NCBI GenBank assembly: GCA_002269645.1
Contig: NIVC01002736.1
Span: 34,473 to 98,472, forward strand
Length of the DNA: 64,000 nucleotides
Origin: Macrostomum lignano
Lineage: Eukaryota
Reading direction: 5' to 3'
Both the position numbers and the translations under genes were made by a program. A model generated the notes under the pieces. That model was not told the origin of the DNA, ran no database searches, and saw nothing but the letters and a program-made list of their open reading frames with translations. Each line of letters begins with the position of its first letter. Within the stretch, counting starts at the first letter, position 1. This document shows positions 14,713-28,400 of the stretch, piece after piece.

Positions 14713-15519
14713 GTTAGGGCAGTATCTGAGCTGCATTATCTGAGATTAGGATGCCCAGCTTAGGATCAGTAATGTCCGCCAATTCTATCCCGGTCTGAAA
14801 TTGGTCAAGAGTCCCATGACAATAAAAAACTTCGTCTTTGAGCAGAAAATGCCAAACACAGACTCTCCGTTCGCCGCAGCTTCATCACGTTCAAAGTCAA
14901 ACTGCGATTTTGCTTTCCCTCTAGGGGAGGAGCGAACTGGACTCGGGGATCTCTTCCATCTAATTTTGCTTTGCATAAAATTTTTAGATCGACAATTTTT
15001 TTGCCTACAAAATGCGATCTACTTTATACTTGGAGACTCATCTTACAAGAAAGTTTTATGCGAATTGAAATGCCTGGAATGCATAAATCTTAGATTAGAA
15101 AATATCTGGCATAAAACCATCTTTTTCTCAGCGCTAGCTCATAGCATCGGTCCGCGGCAGGGAAATTAATTTTAGTGCCAATATTATTTAAGAATTTGGC
15201 ACTTTGATGCCTTTTATAATCGGTTTTGGATGCTTTCTAGAGGCTTCTTTTGCGGCTTGACTTGGCCTTGAAGGAAGATTATGAGAGTAATAAAATTTTG
15301 ATCCTTGGCAGGGGATGGGAATGGGATAAGATTGCTGCTGCAAAAATGGTGTGTTGAACTGACTGGGACTGGTTTATAGTTGAAGAGAATTTCTTGCACA
15401 TTTTATAATTAAGCTGCGTTACTGAGCAGAATAATTGCTCATACGCTCGTACCTGCTGATAGGAACCATTTTAAGATTATTGGTGTTTATCTACCTGGGA
15501 TCTGGATCAATTTAAATAT

Positions 15520-16085
15520 GTGGGATTTATCTACGTGAGCTTGGGATCTACCTACCTGAAATTGGGATCTACCTACCTGGAATTGGGATCTACCTACCTG
15601 GAATTGGGATCTACCTACCTGGAATCGGGATCTATCTACCTGGAATCTGGATCTATCTACCTGGAATTGGGATCTACCTACCTGGAATTGGGATCTACCT
15701 ACCTGAAATTGGGATCTATCTACCTGGAATCGGGATCTATCTACCTGAAATTGGGATCTATCTACCTGAAATTGGGATCTACCTACCTGGAATTGGGATC
15801 TACCTACCTGGAATTGGGATCTACCTACCTGAAATTGGGATCTACCTACCTGAAATTGGGATCTATCTACCTGGAATCGGGATCTACCTACCTGAAATTG
15901 GGATCTACCTACCTGAAATTGGGATCTACCTACCTGAAATTGGGATCTACCTACCTGAAATTGGGATCTACCTACCCGAAATTGGGATCTACCTACCTGA
16001 AATTGGGATCTACCTACCTGAAATCGGGATCTACCTACCTGGAATCGGGATCTACCTACCTGAAATTGCGGATCTACCTACTATG
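15520..16085. repeat. 21-bp minisatellite GGATCTACCTACCTGAAATTG
   Basis: Read directly; 7-aa period. Confidence 0.95.
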
Positions 16086-16859
16086 AATCGCGATGAAATT
16101 TAGACAACAGGAGAATCTCTACAGAGGAATTGGCAAAGCTAGTTAGCATCTGAATGCTAATCTACCTTCAGTAAGACACACCAAGGCCATACTATCCATA
16201 GATTCATAACAGCGGAGGCTCACGCAAGACTGCGGAACAGAAATCCGACCTGAAATTGGGGTAAAGGCTTCTTTGCGTTGTGTGAATTTCTGCCCAAGGC
16301 ACAGTTCCGGGACACTCTGGAAAAGAGGGATCTGTGAAATGAAATCCCAGCGAAAAAAATTATAGTGCTAAGAGCAGCCAAAGTCTCACCCTAAATGCCT
16401 TGTCTCCGTCTTGATTTTTTTACATTCTCCCTCTCATATCCGAAGAAAGTGGTCAAAACTACAACTACAAGAACTTAGAGAAACAGTAAGAGTTATGATT
16501 GATGTGTATGCATATTAATGCTTCCTTTTTCGTTTCGTTCCCTATAGTGCTGTGCACTGTCGCTTGCGTCTCTAACTCTCTCGCTCTCTGTGAGTTTCTG
16601 TGCACCCGTGCGCCCAATACTTGTCATGCACGCATTTCAGTTTCCTATTCCTAGTTCTGTACGATCCCTAGTGCCTGTGTCTGGTGCGGTCTTGCATTAG
16701 GACAGTCACCGCGCCTAGCCGAGGATTAGAAGTTATTGCGCATTAGCACGATAGAGGAGCTGCTGGGTTGTGGCCGTGTCAGCGGTTGGGCAGGCGGTTG
16801 CACATTCAGTCATTCTAGAATTTGTCAGGCCCGTTCTTTGCAAGCTTTGTAGGTTTCTG

Positions 16860-18080
16860 GATAAGAGAGTGGAAGAGTAAGATACGACAGTGGGAGAGTA
16901 AGATAAGAGAGTGGGAGAGTAAGATAAGAGAGTGGGAGAGTAAGATAAGAGAGTGGGAGAGTAAGATAAGAGAGTGGGAGAGTAAGATAAGAGAGTGGAA
17001 GAGTAAGATAAGAGAGCGGGAGTGTAAGATAAGAGAGTGAGAGTGTAAGATAAGAGAGTGAGAGAGTAAGATACGAGAGCGGGAGAGTAAGATAAGAGAG
17101 CGGGAGAGTAAGATAAGAGAGTGGGAGAGAAAGATAAGAGAGCGGGAGAGTAAGATAAGAGAGTGGAAGAGTAAGATAAGAGAGCGGGAGAGTAAGATAC
17201 GAGAGTGGGAGAGTAAGATACGAGAGTGGGAGAGTAAGATAAGAGAGCGGGAGAGTAAGATAAGAGAGTGGGAGAGTAAGATAAGAGAGTGGAAGAGTAA
17301 GATACGAGAGCGGGAGAGTAAGATACGAGAGCGGGAGAGTAAGATACGAGAGCGAGAGAGTAAGATACGAGAGTGGGAGAGTAAGATACGAGAGCGGGAG
17401 AGTAAGATAAGAGAGTGGAAGAGTAAGATACGAGAGCGGGAGAGTAAGATACGAGAGCGAGAGAGTAAGATAAGAGAGTGGGAGAGTAAGATACGAGAGC
17501 GGGAGAGTAAGATAAGAGAGTGGAAGAGTAAGATACGAGAGCGGGAGAGTAAGATACGAGAGCGAGAGAGTAAGATAAGAGAGTGGGAGAGTAAGATACG
17601 AGAGCGGGAGAGTAAGATAAGAGAGTGAAAGAGTAAGATACGAGAGCGGGAGAGTAAGATAAGAGAGTGGGAGAGTAAGATACGAGAGCGGGAGAGTAAG
17701 ATACGAGAGTGGGAGAGTAAGATACGAGAGCGGGAGAGTAAGATAAGAGAGTGGAAGAGTAAGATACGAGAGCGGGGGAGTAAGATAAGAGAGTGGGAGA
17801 GTAAGATACGAGAGCGGGAGAGTAAGATACGAGAGCGGGAGAGTAAGATACGAGAGCGGGAGAGTAAGATAAGAGAGTGGGAGAGTAAGATACGAGAGCG
17901 GGAGAGTAAGATAAGAGAGTGGGAGAGTAAGATACGAGAGCGGGAGAGTAAGATAAGAGAGTGGGAGAGTAAGATACGAGAGCGGGAGAGTAAGATAAGA
18001 GAGTGGGAGAGTAAGATACGAGAGCGGGAGAGTAAGATAAGAGAGTGGGAGAGTAAGATACGAGAGCGGGAGAGTAAGAT
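16860..18080. repeat. 21-bp purine-rich minisatellite GAGAGTAAGATAAGAGAGTGG
   Basis: Read directly; 7-aa period. Confidence 0.95.
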
Positions 18081-18441
18081 TGCTCCCAAAAGAGTTGGGG
18101 TGTAAGATAAGAAAATCGCTAAAAGCGACCAACGTCTCGAATGGCGTTATCACGTCGTCTGAAAAGTTGACATTTAACTTAAAATCCTCGTCTCGGTCTC
18201 TGCATTATTTGTTGTATCATTAAACATATCATTACGCATAAATGTATTGATGTAACAAAAATGTCATCAAAGGGCACGGATTTGCTAATCAATCGTAATA
18301 ATTTCCTGTCTGTGCGAATGGGTGCAGGTGGAATATACGACCACCTATGCAGAAATTATTGCTTTAGGATTATTACTGCCAATATGATTATTGTTGTTTT
18401 TTTGTTGCTGTTGCTGCCACTGCTGATGCTTTTGCAAAGAA

Positions 18442-18514
18442 ATGGGCCCCAACCTTCACGAGAATCGGTTGTTGCAGACACTTCCGCTAGTGTTCGTCTT
18501 CCTGTCAGCCACGT
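18442..18514 (+). CDS. Candidate first (signal-peptide) exon of the PTK7-like gene
   Basis: MGPNLHENRLLQTLPLVFVFLSAT plus a phase-1 donor (t|gtgaca, weak) joins exon 19412 to give ...[17 protein letters not shown], a plausible signal peptide. An overlapping frame (MIIVVFLLLLLPLLMLL) is an alternative. Confidence 0.3.
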
Positions 18515-18734
18515 GTGACAGGCTGTTTTGGTTTCTCAATAATCATAATAATAATTATAATCATAATCATAATCATAATCATAATCATAAAATATTGCTA
18601 CACGTTATAAACGCTAGTGTTCATTCACCGTCTTTTTGTCGAACATTGCCCCTAAATAAATCACTGAAATGTGAAATACAAATCACGCCATTAGCGCAAA
18701 GCGCCTTTAGCCTGCCTCACCTTGAAAATCGACC

Positions 18735-19300
18735 GAATCTCACCCTGAGAATCGCTCTAATCTCACTCTGAGAATCGCTCTAATCTCACTCTGAGAATCG
18801 CTCCAATCTCACTCTGAGAATCGCTCGAATCTGAACCATGAGATGAGAATCGCTCCAATCTCACTCTGAGAATCGCAGTAATCTCACTCTGAGAATCGCT
18901 CCAATCTCACTCTGAGAATCGCAGTAATCTCACTCTGAGAATTGCTCCAATCTCATTCTGAGAATCGCTCGAATCTGAACCATGAGAATCGCTCCAATCT
19001 CATTCTGAGAATCGCTCCAATCTCATTCTGAGAATCGCTTGAATCTGAACCATGAGAATCGCTCCAATCTCATTCTGAGAGTCGCTCGAATCTGAACCAT
19101 GATAATCGCTCCAATCTCATTCTGAGAATCGCTCGAATCTGAACCATGAGAATCGCTCCAATCTCATTCTGAGAATCGCTCGAATCTGAACCATGAGAAT
19201 CGCTCCAATCTCATTCTGAGAATCGCTCGAATCTGAACCATGAGAATCGCTCCAATCTCATTCTGAGAATCGCTCGAATCTGAACCATGAGAATCGCCCC
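18735..19300. repeat. Minisatellite with 23-bp (GAGAATCGCTCCAATCTCATTCT) and 24-bp (GAGAATCGCTCGAATCTGAACCAT) monomers forming a 47-bp higher-order unit
   Basis: Read directly. Confidence 0.9.
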
Positions 19301-19411
19301 AGTATCGCCCCATAAGAATCGCCAAAATCTCGCATATAAGATTTCCCAGCAATGCCTGAGTGAAAACTGTACATCTCCAAATAACCGAACCTTCGCCCTT
19401 CGCCCTCGCAG

Positions 19412-22400
19412 TGGACCGCGGCGCGAACGCGGACCCGATCACCTGGCAGGTGTGCCCGCCGGCTCGCACGGACATTCGCGAAGGCTCCCTAGCAACAATC
19501 CGATGCGAAGCGAATCTCGAATCCGAGGCCAAAGACGCCAACAACATCTACAAGTGGGAGTACAGATCCAGGGCTGGTCAGTACAGCTTCAAGCGCCTCA
19601 GCCCGCATCCCAAGCTGCACTACAGTCCCTACGGATCCAGGGGCGATTTGCACATTCGATCTGTCGATCGAGACGACGACGGCAAACAGTTTATGTGCCT
19701 GCGAGGCCCGAAGGACGCCAATAAACTGACTCGCTGTCCTAAAGAGACCACGCTGAGAGTCTTCTGTGAGTTCTCGTTTTGTAATTCTTTGCTTTGGGAA
19801 ATTGGGAAAGAGTTTGGGATCAGGGATTTATTGCGCACCTTCTTGAGGCTCGGTGTTAGAGTGGGCAGAGATGCAAGAGCTGCTCTTTTCCCTCTTCCCC
19901 TTCTTCCCCTCTGTTTTCTTGTTCCCCTTTTAGCTTCCTTCCCTGTATTTTTCCATTCTTTCTCTTCTTTCCGGCTCTCCGCTCTTTTCCCTCTTCCCCT
20001 CTTTCCCCTCTTTCCCTCTTCCCCTCTCCCCTCTTCCCTTTTGCCCCTCTTCCCCTTCCCCTCTTCCCCTCTTCCCCTCTTTCCCTCTTCCCCTTTTGCC
20101 CCTCTTCCCCTTTCCCCTCTTTCCCTCTTCCCCTTTTGCCCCTCTTCCCCTCTTCCCCTCTTTCCCTCTTCCCCTTTTGCCCCTCTTCCCCTTTCCCCTC
20201 TTCCCCTCTTCCCCTCTTTCCCTCTTCCCCTTTTGCCCCTCTTCCCCTTTCCCCTCTTCCCCTCTTCCCCTCTTTCCCTCTTCCCCTTTTGCCCCTCTTC
20301 CCCTCTTTCCCCTCTTTCCCTCTTCCCCTTTTGCCCCTCTTCCCCTTTCCCCTCTTCCCCTCTTCCCCTCTTTCCCTCTTCCCCTTTTGCCCCTCTTCCC
20401 CTCTTTCCCCTCTTTCCCTCTTCCCCTTTTGCCCCTCTTCCCCTTTCCCCTCTTCCCCTTTCCCCTCTTCCCCTCTTCCCCTTTTGCCCCTCTTCCCCTC
20501 CTCCCCTCTTCCCCTCTTTCCCTCTTCTCCTTTTCCCCTTTCCCCACTTTCCCCTCTTTTCCCTTTTCCCCTCTTTCCCCTCTTTCCCCTCTTCCACTCT
20601 CCTTTCCCTTCTCAGTTCTCACCTCTTTCCCCCCTTTCCCTCCTTTTTAGAGCATCGCTCTTTGCCACTATCCTCTCTTAAAGCTCTTCTTCAAACCGAA
20701 TTGGCGGCCTATTCTCATTCTAAAAGAAAATACTAGCAGAAAAAATATTATCTTCTCAACCAGCCAATTAAAAAAATCGCATTGGAAATATTAAAACTAA
20801 ATCTCGCCAAGCACTGACGCTCCCCGCTAAGATGGGTGGATCAAAGCGAGAAAAAGTGAAATGAAATTAGCATTGCCCTACCAGGCAACCGCTAGGCCGA
20901 ATAATAAATTCATCTGCATTGGAATTCCATTCCAGATAAGCAACTTTTCCCGTATCCCACAGCGGCAATTTAGTTGCTTTCTTTTTTCTCTCGCTTCCTG
21001 CCAATTTCCAGATAGCGAAGAGCGCTCGAATCCAATCTCAGATAGGGAAGCAATAAGATTATAATAATTTACAAGTGCCCAACAAACGGATGGGGGGAAG
21101 AAGGGAGAGAGTGAAAAAAATTCGGGAGGGGGTGGAAATTGATAGAGCCAACTTTTTTATCTAGAGCGGATTAATTTGCATTAGTCCCATCTTTTTGCCA
21201 TGGTATAGTTTATTGTCGAGGAGAATGGGTGGCGGCGTTGCCCTCCATCCCGTTCGGAGCATTGAAGTCCGTTAGTTAATTTAGCTTGCGGGTTGGAGGA
21301 GGCCGGGTGGCTGATGACAGGAATACAGCCGGCCAGGTGTGCATAGGAGGCTGGTGATGGAGCTTGCCTTCAAGCCTGCCTTTGATATCCATGCCGAGCC
21401 GACTTGCTATTTGCTTATTACTAACGAGTTCTCCGCTCCTTGCTGACTAATATCTGTATAGTTGCAACTGTTTCAAGCAATTTTTTAAGCATTTCCCAGG
21501 ATTGGCTGGCCTGTTGATGTGGGGGGCGGGGCTTAAATTTCCTACCGTAATTTCTTTGAAGCAATTCACTGTTTCCTGAAATCGCACAGCCCGAGTCTAA
21601 ATTTAATAAGCCCAATGCCAAATCACATAGTCCCAATTCTAAATCCCATAATCCCGATTCCAAATCCCATGATCTAGATTCCAAATCCCATAATCCCGAT
21701 TCCAAATCCCATGATCTAGATTCCAAATCCCATTATCCCGATGCAAATCCCATTATCCCGATGCAAATCCCATAATCCAGATTCCAAATCCCATAATCCA
21801 GATTCCAAATCCATAATCCCGATTCCAAATCCCATTATCCCGATGCAAATCCCATTATCCGATGCAAATCCCATAATCCAGATTCCAAATCCCATAATCC
21901 AGATTCCAAATCCCATAATCCAGATTCTAAATCCCATAACCCAGATTCCAAATCCCATAATCCCGATGCAAATCCCATTCTCCCGATGCAAATCCCATAA
22001 TCCAGATTCCAAATCCCATAATCCAGATTCCAAATCCCATAATCCCGATTCCAAATCCCATTATCCCGATGCAAATCCCATTATCCCGATGCAAATCCCA
22101 TAATCCAGATTCCAAATCCCATAATCCAGATTCCAAATCCCATAATCCAGATTCTAAATCCCATAACCAGATTCCAAATCCCATAATCCAGATTCCAAAT
22201 CCCATAATCCCGATGCAAATCCCATTATCCAAATTCCAAATCCCATAATCCAAATTCCAAATTCCAAAATCCAGATTCCAAATCCCATAATCCAGATTCT
22301 AAATCCGATAACCCAGATTCCAAATCCCATAATCCAGATTCCAAATCCCATAATCCAGATTCCAAATCCCATAATCCAGATTCCAAATCCTATAATCCAG

Positions 22401-25400
22401 ATTCCAAATCCCATAATCCAGATTCCAAATCCCATTATCCCGATTGCAAATCCCACTATCCCGATGAAAATCCCATAATCTAGATTCCAAATCCCATAAT
22501 CCAGATTCCAAATTTCATAATCCAGATTCCAAATCCCATTATCCCGATTCCAAATCCCATAATCCAGATTCCAAATCCCATTATCCCGATTCCAAATCCC
22601 ATAATCCAGATTCCAAATCCCATTATCCCGATTCCAAATCCCATAATCCAGATTCCAAATTCCATAATCCAAATTCCAAATCCCATTATCCCGATGCAAA
22701 TCCCATAATCCAGATTCCAAATCCCATAATCCAGATTCCAAATCCCATTATCCCGATGCAAATCCCATAATCCAGATTCCAGATCCCATTATCCCGATGC
22801 AAATCCCATAATCCAAATTCCAAATCCCATAATCCAGATTCCAAATCCCATTATCCCGATGCAAATCCCATAATCCAGTTTCGATTGCCTCATCCCACTA
22901 CAACCCATATCAGGTCATTTTAAAGAAACTCACTTGGAACTACTTACTAAACGTACACAGAATGTGAGCACTGCACTATTATGGTATTTATTAATGCAAG
23001 CCAAGTTAACTTCTCAGTCTCAACCTCTGCCTCAATATAAACCTCTGTCTAACGAGACTTGGCAATATTTTCTATCCAGCTTCCACAGCAGCCGTGTGTG
23101 TGTTGACTTGACTGCATCAAACAGGCAACCTCAGCCTACCAGCGCGTAGCTCAACTAACAGTCTAGCTAGCATTGGGCTTCTTGTGTATTTATGAAAAAA
23201 ATCAAGTGCCGTGACGAGATACGGCGCAGTCTGAGTTAGTGAGTGAGTTGAGGCGGTAACTCAGGGTCCCGCTTGAGGGAGCTGGGGCTGCTGGGCGCCT
23301 ACCTTTGAAGATGCCGCCCAGGCTAGCCCAACTTCTTTTTTTCAGCTTCGTAGCTTTCTTGCTTCTTCTGCCTTATTCTTTTCGTCCTCTTTGAAGTTTC
23401 TTACCGGCTGGACGAGCGGGCTTTGTTTGGCTTTTATGGAGTCTTCAAGCTTTAAGTAGTTCTAAGACTAGCCTAGGACTCTATGAGTTTCTCTTCTTCT
23501 CTGCCTGTTGGAGGGGTTCGCTGCATTCCTAAGACCAGTTATTATTAGAAAAATTTGTATTTCAATCCCTATTTATCGAACCGCTAAAATATTTGACCAC
23601 AAAGCCGCATTCCAATCCTCACTATTTGAATCCTCACTTTTTGAATCCCCACAATTCGAAACCTCACTATTCGAATCCATCGAATCCTCACTATTCGAAT
23701 CCCCACTATTCGAATTCCCACTATTTGGATCCTCACTATTCGAATCCCCACTATTCGAATCCCCACTATTCTAATCCTCACTATTCGAATCCCCACTATT
23801 CGAATCCTCACTATTCGAATCATCACTATTCGAATCCTCACTATTCTAATCCTCACTATTCCAATCCCCACTATTTGGATCCTCACTATTCTAATCCCCA
23901 CTATTTGGATCCTCACTATTCGAATCCTCACTATTCGAATCCTCACTATTCGAATCCTCACTATTCGAATCCTCACTATTCGAATCCCCACTATTCGAAT
24001 CCTCACTATTCGAATCTTCACTATTCGAATCCTCATTTCCTCACTATTCGAATCCCCACTATTCGAATCCTCACTATTCGAATCCCCACTATTCTAATCC
24101 CCACTATTTGGATCCTCACTATTCGAATCCTCACTATTCGAATCCTCACTATTCGAATCTTCAAAACACAAATCCCAATTATTGGAATCCTTATAATCCC
24201 GGAATCCCAATCCTCGAGACATCGAGTCCTCAACATATGATTCTGTATCATGGCACTCAATATTTGCTCATGCACTCTTTCTTAGCTTAGAGTTCAAATT
24301 TAGCGCCTCGCTAACTCAATGGCATGCATTCAGTTTGTTCAAAGTTGACCGTAGCAATGATATTTGTCCTATTTACCGTTTGTTATGTATCTATTCCTAA
24401 GCTTTGTGCAGGTCTTTGTTCTGGATTGTAAAACATGGCCATCTTCTTTCTTTTGCTTATTTTGCCTTTTTTTCTCCTCGGGTTTGTCACACAGGTAGGC
24501 TGGTGGGTTCTGGCTTCTTTTCCTACCTTTACTTATAGCTTTTATTGCGTTATGACCCTATCAAACGTACAGGTCGCCTTGAGAGAGATATGTATAGAAA
24601 TAACCCTTTATAGTGTTTCTTTCCTTCCAGTAGGAAATTTAGCACCGTAGGGCTTTTATTGCTTCCACCGCTCCCTTCCCTTTAGCCTAGGGCTTTCCCA
24701 ATGCTTGCTTGTTCCTTTTTATACGCTGAGAACGGAACAGAGGGCAAGTAGGCAGGCGGGTAAAAGATAGACGGAGTTGAAGAGAAAGAATTACAAAGAC
24801 AACAACTGTTCCTAAGAAGCTCTTTGTCGGAAGGGGTCAAACACTAACAAAACACGCTATTACACCTCAGGGCTGAATCCCAATGTGACTGTGGCGCGGA
24901 TCGAGCCGCCGACGAATCTGCAGCTGAAGTCGAACGATCGAGTGGTGCTCGAATGCCAACTGCAAGCGTCGGAGCCCCCTACCAGCGTTCGTTGGTTCCT
25001 GAATGGCAAAATGTGAGCGTAGGGGTGCCACTGCCTCCGCGTTTGGGAATTGGAAGGGGTTGGGATCATTTGGGATTGCAATGGGTTCGTTTGATAACTG
25101 ATGGGATCATTTGGGATTGCAATGGTTCATTTGATAACTGATGGGATCATTTGGGATTGCAATGGGTTCATTTGATAACTGATGAGATCATTTGGGATTG
25201 CAATGGGTTCGTTTGGGATGGGGATGGATTGATTTGGGATGGGGATGGGATCATTTGGGATGGGGATGGGATCATTTGGGATGGGGATGGGATCATTTGG
25301 GATGGGGATGGATCAATTGGGATGGGGATGGATCAATTGGGATGGGGATGGATCAATTGGGATGGGGATAGGATCAATTGGGATGGGGATGGATCAATTG

Positions 25401-28400
25401 GGATGGGGATAGGGTCATTTGGGATGGGGATGGATCAATTGGGATGGGGATGGATCAATTGGGATGGGGATGGATCAATTGGGATGGGGATAGGATCAAT
25501 TGGGATGGGGATGGATCAATTGGGATGGGGATAGGATCATTTGGGATGGGGATAGGATCAATTGGGATGGGGATGGATCAATTGGGATGGGGATAGGATC
25601 AATTGGGATGGGGATGGATCAATTGGGATGGGGATAGGATCAATTGGGATGGGGATAGGGTCATTTGGGATGGGGATGGAATCATTCGGCATGGGGATGG
25701 GATCATATGGGATGGGGATGGGATCATTGGGATGGGGATGGGATCATTTGGGATGGGGATGGGATCATTCGGCATGGGGATGGGATGTTTAGCTCTTTGA
25801 TGGGGATGGGGACCAGTTAGATTCAGGACATTAGTTCGATAATTGAATTCAGTAAGAGGTAGGCCCTATCGGTGGACTCGTGTATACCAAAAGGCTTTAA
25901 TACTGTATTCCCATATCGCCCGCAGCCTGTGCCGCCAAAATGAGCAGCGAAACAATTCGGAGTGCATTCCCATGGGAAGCGACTTTCAGCAGCCGAGCCT
26001 CAGCCAGCTTGTTATAACAAAATTAACAAAACTTCTTTCCGGTGTTTATCACTGCTACGTTGAGGCCACCGGAGGAAAAGTGCTCACCAGGAGTCCCCTG
26101 CCCGTGTTCTTTGACGGTGAGAACGGCTCACGTGAAAACTGGCTATTCTCACTAATTTATCCCATTCTAGTATCATCCCAATCCTCACCAATTTATCCCA
26201 TTCTAGTATCATCCCAATCCTCACCAATTTATCCCATTCTAGTATCATCCCAATCCTCACCAATTTATCCCATTCCAGTATCATCCAAATCCTCACTAAT
26301 TTATCCCATTCCAGTATTAACCCAATCCTAACCAATTTATCCCATTCTAGTATCATCCCAATCCTCACCAATTTATCCTATTCTAGTATCATCCCAATCC
26401 TCACCAATTTATCCCATTCTAGTATCATCCCAATCCTCACCAATTTATCCCATTCTAGTATCATCCCAATCCTCACCAATTTATCCTATTCTAGTATCAT
26501 CCCAATCCTCACCAATTTATCCCATTCAAGTATAATCCCAATCCTCACCAATTTATCCCATTCTAGTATCATCCCAATCCTCACCAATTTATCCCATTCT
26601 AGTATCATCCCAATCCTCACCAATTTATCCCATTCTAGTATCATCCCAATCCTCACCAATTTATCCCATTCTAGTATCACCTCAATCCTCACCAATTTAT
26701 CCCATTCAAGTATAATCCCAATCCTCACCAATTTATCCCATTCTAGTATCATCCCAATCCTCACCAATTTATCCCATTCAAGTATCATCCCAATCCTCAC
26801 CAATTTATCCCATTCTAGTATCACCCCAATCCTCACCAATTTATCCCATTCTAGTATCATCCCAATCCTCACCAATTTATCCCATTCTAGTATCACCCCA
26901 ATCCTCACCAATTTATCCCATTCTAGTATCATCCCAATCCTCACCAATTTATCCCATTCTAGTATCACCCCAATCCTCACCAATTTATCCCATTCCAGTA
27001 TTAACCCAATCCTCACCAATTTATCCCATTCCAGTATTAACCCAATCCTCACAAATTTATCCCATTCTAGTATCATCCCAATCCTCACCAATTTATCCAA
27101 TTCTAGTATCATCCCAATACTCACCAATTTATCCCATTCCAGTATCATTCCAATCCCCAATCCTCACCAATTTATCCCATTCTAGTATCATCCCAATCCT
27201 CACCAATTTATCCCATTCTAGTATCATCCCAATCCTCACCAATTTATCCCATTCTAGTATCCCCGTGTGGCCATCCGATCAGGTTTTTCGCCCGGTTTTG
27301 CTCTGGCTTGCTATGTTTTTTGCCCCATTTCCAGGCGAAGAACATAAACCAGGCGAATTTATCCGGTTTTTCTCTGCCTTTCTAAACCAGGCGAAATTCC
27401 GGAGGAAAAACCGTACGAGTGCTCTGGTTTTTTACCCGGTCCTTCGCCAGGTTTGGAACCAGTTTAGTAACGCAGGCAAATCCGGAGTAAAAGCGGATGA
27501 AATAACAATTCCGCCTGGAATTTTGCCCGGTTCTTTCTCTGGTTCTTCGACCGGACAAGAGCCGGAGAAAAGAGCTGGTGAAAGCCTTTAATTCAGGATT
27601 GGGTTGAAAATGGTATGGGAGACACAGTGTATAATTGACAATTGACATGAAGATTTTCTTGTAATTGTATGTCCTGTAATGTGCTCCTGTTTTGTTCTCT
27701 TGCAGTATTTTTTCCGCTCGTCTTTATATATACCATATGAGCGTCTTCGTATGTTACATTACGAGCGTAGTTCACGTAAACTGAGAATAAAAATATTGTC
27801 ATTTTAATGCTGTCATCGCACACATTTCTGAAGGCTGCATGCTACTGTGGGATTCCAACATACTTTTGGCCAGTCAGAAGTGATTTTAAATTCCCGCATT
27901 TATGCGCCTAGATGACTAGCGACTATGCGCCTACTGACTGTATTCTACAACATCTTTGGAATAAAAAAACAGAGGAGTATATTGATCTTGTAGGTGATTT
28001 GGAACAGTTTGATGAATTGCAAGATGGAACGTTACATATTTTGTATTAACACTGACAATTGTCTTACTTCTTCACTCTTCACGGTATCCGTTGACAGAAG
28101 CGCACTGTAGATGTTTTACTAAGTCGGCACTACATATTTCCGAGAGTAGACACAATTTGATAGGGATGCAGGGTTTTTCGTCCGGTTGGGTCGTCGTGTC
28201 GCTTTCGTTAGGTTTTAGTCTGATTTTGCTCCGGGTATTCGTCCGGTTGGGTCGTCGTGTCGCTTTCGTTAGGTTTTAGTCTGATTTTGCTCCGGATATT
28301 CGTCCGGTTGGGTCGTCGTGTCGCTTTCGTTAGGTTTTAGTCTGTTTTTGCTCCGGATATTCGTCCGGTTGGGTCGTCGTGTCGCTTTCGTTAGGTTTTA

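Noticed and set aside
7050-16800. Scattered splice-like sites and short ORFs in unique islands (7.1-7.3, 13.3, 13.9, 14.8, 15.2, 16.2 kb)
   Set aside because: Could not be joined into a phase-consistent gene with recognisable content.
20700-23520. Possible antisense gene or decayed LINE inside PTK7 intron 1
   Set aside because: All frames have stops and no RT or endonuclease motif was recognisable.
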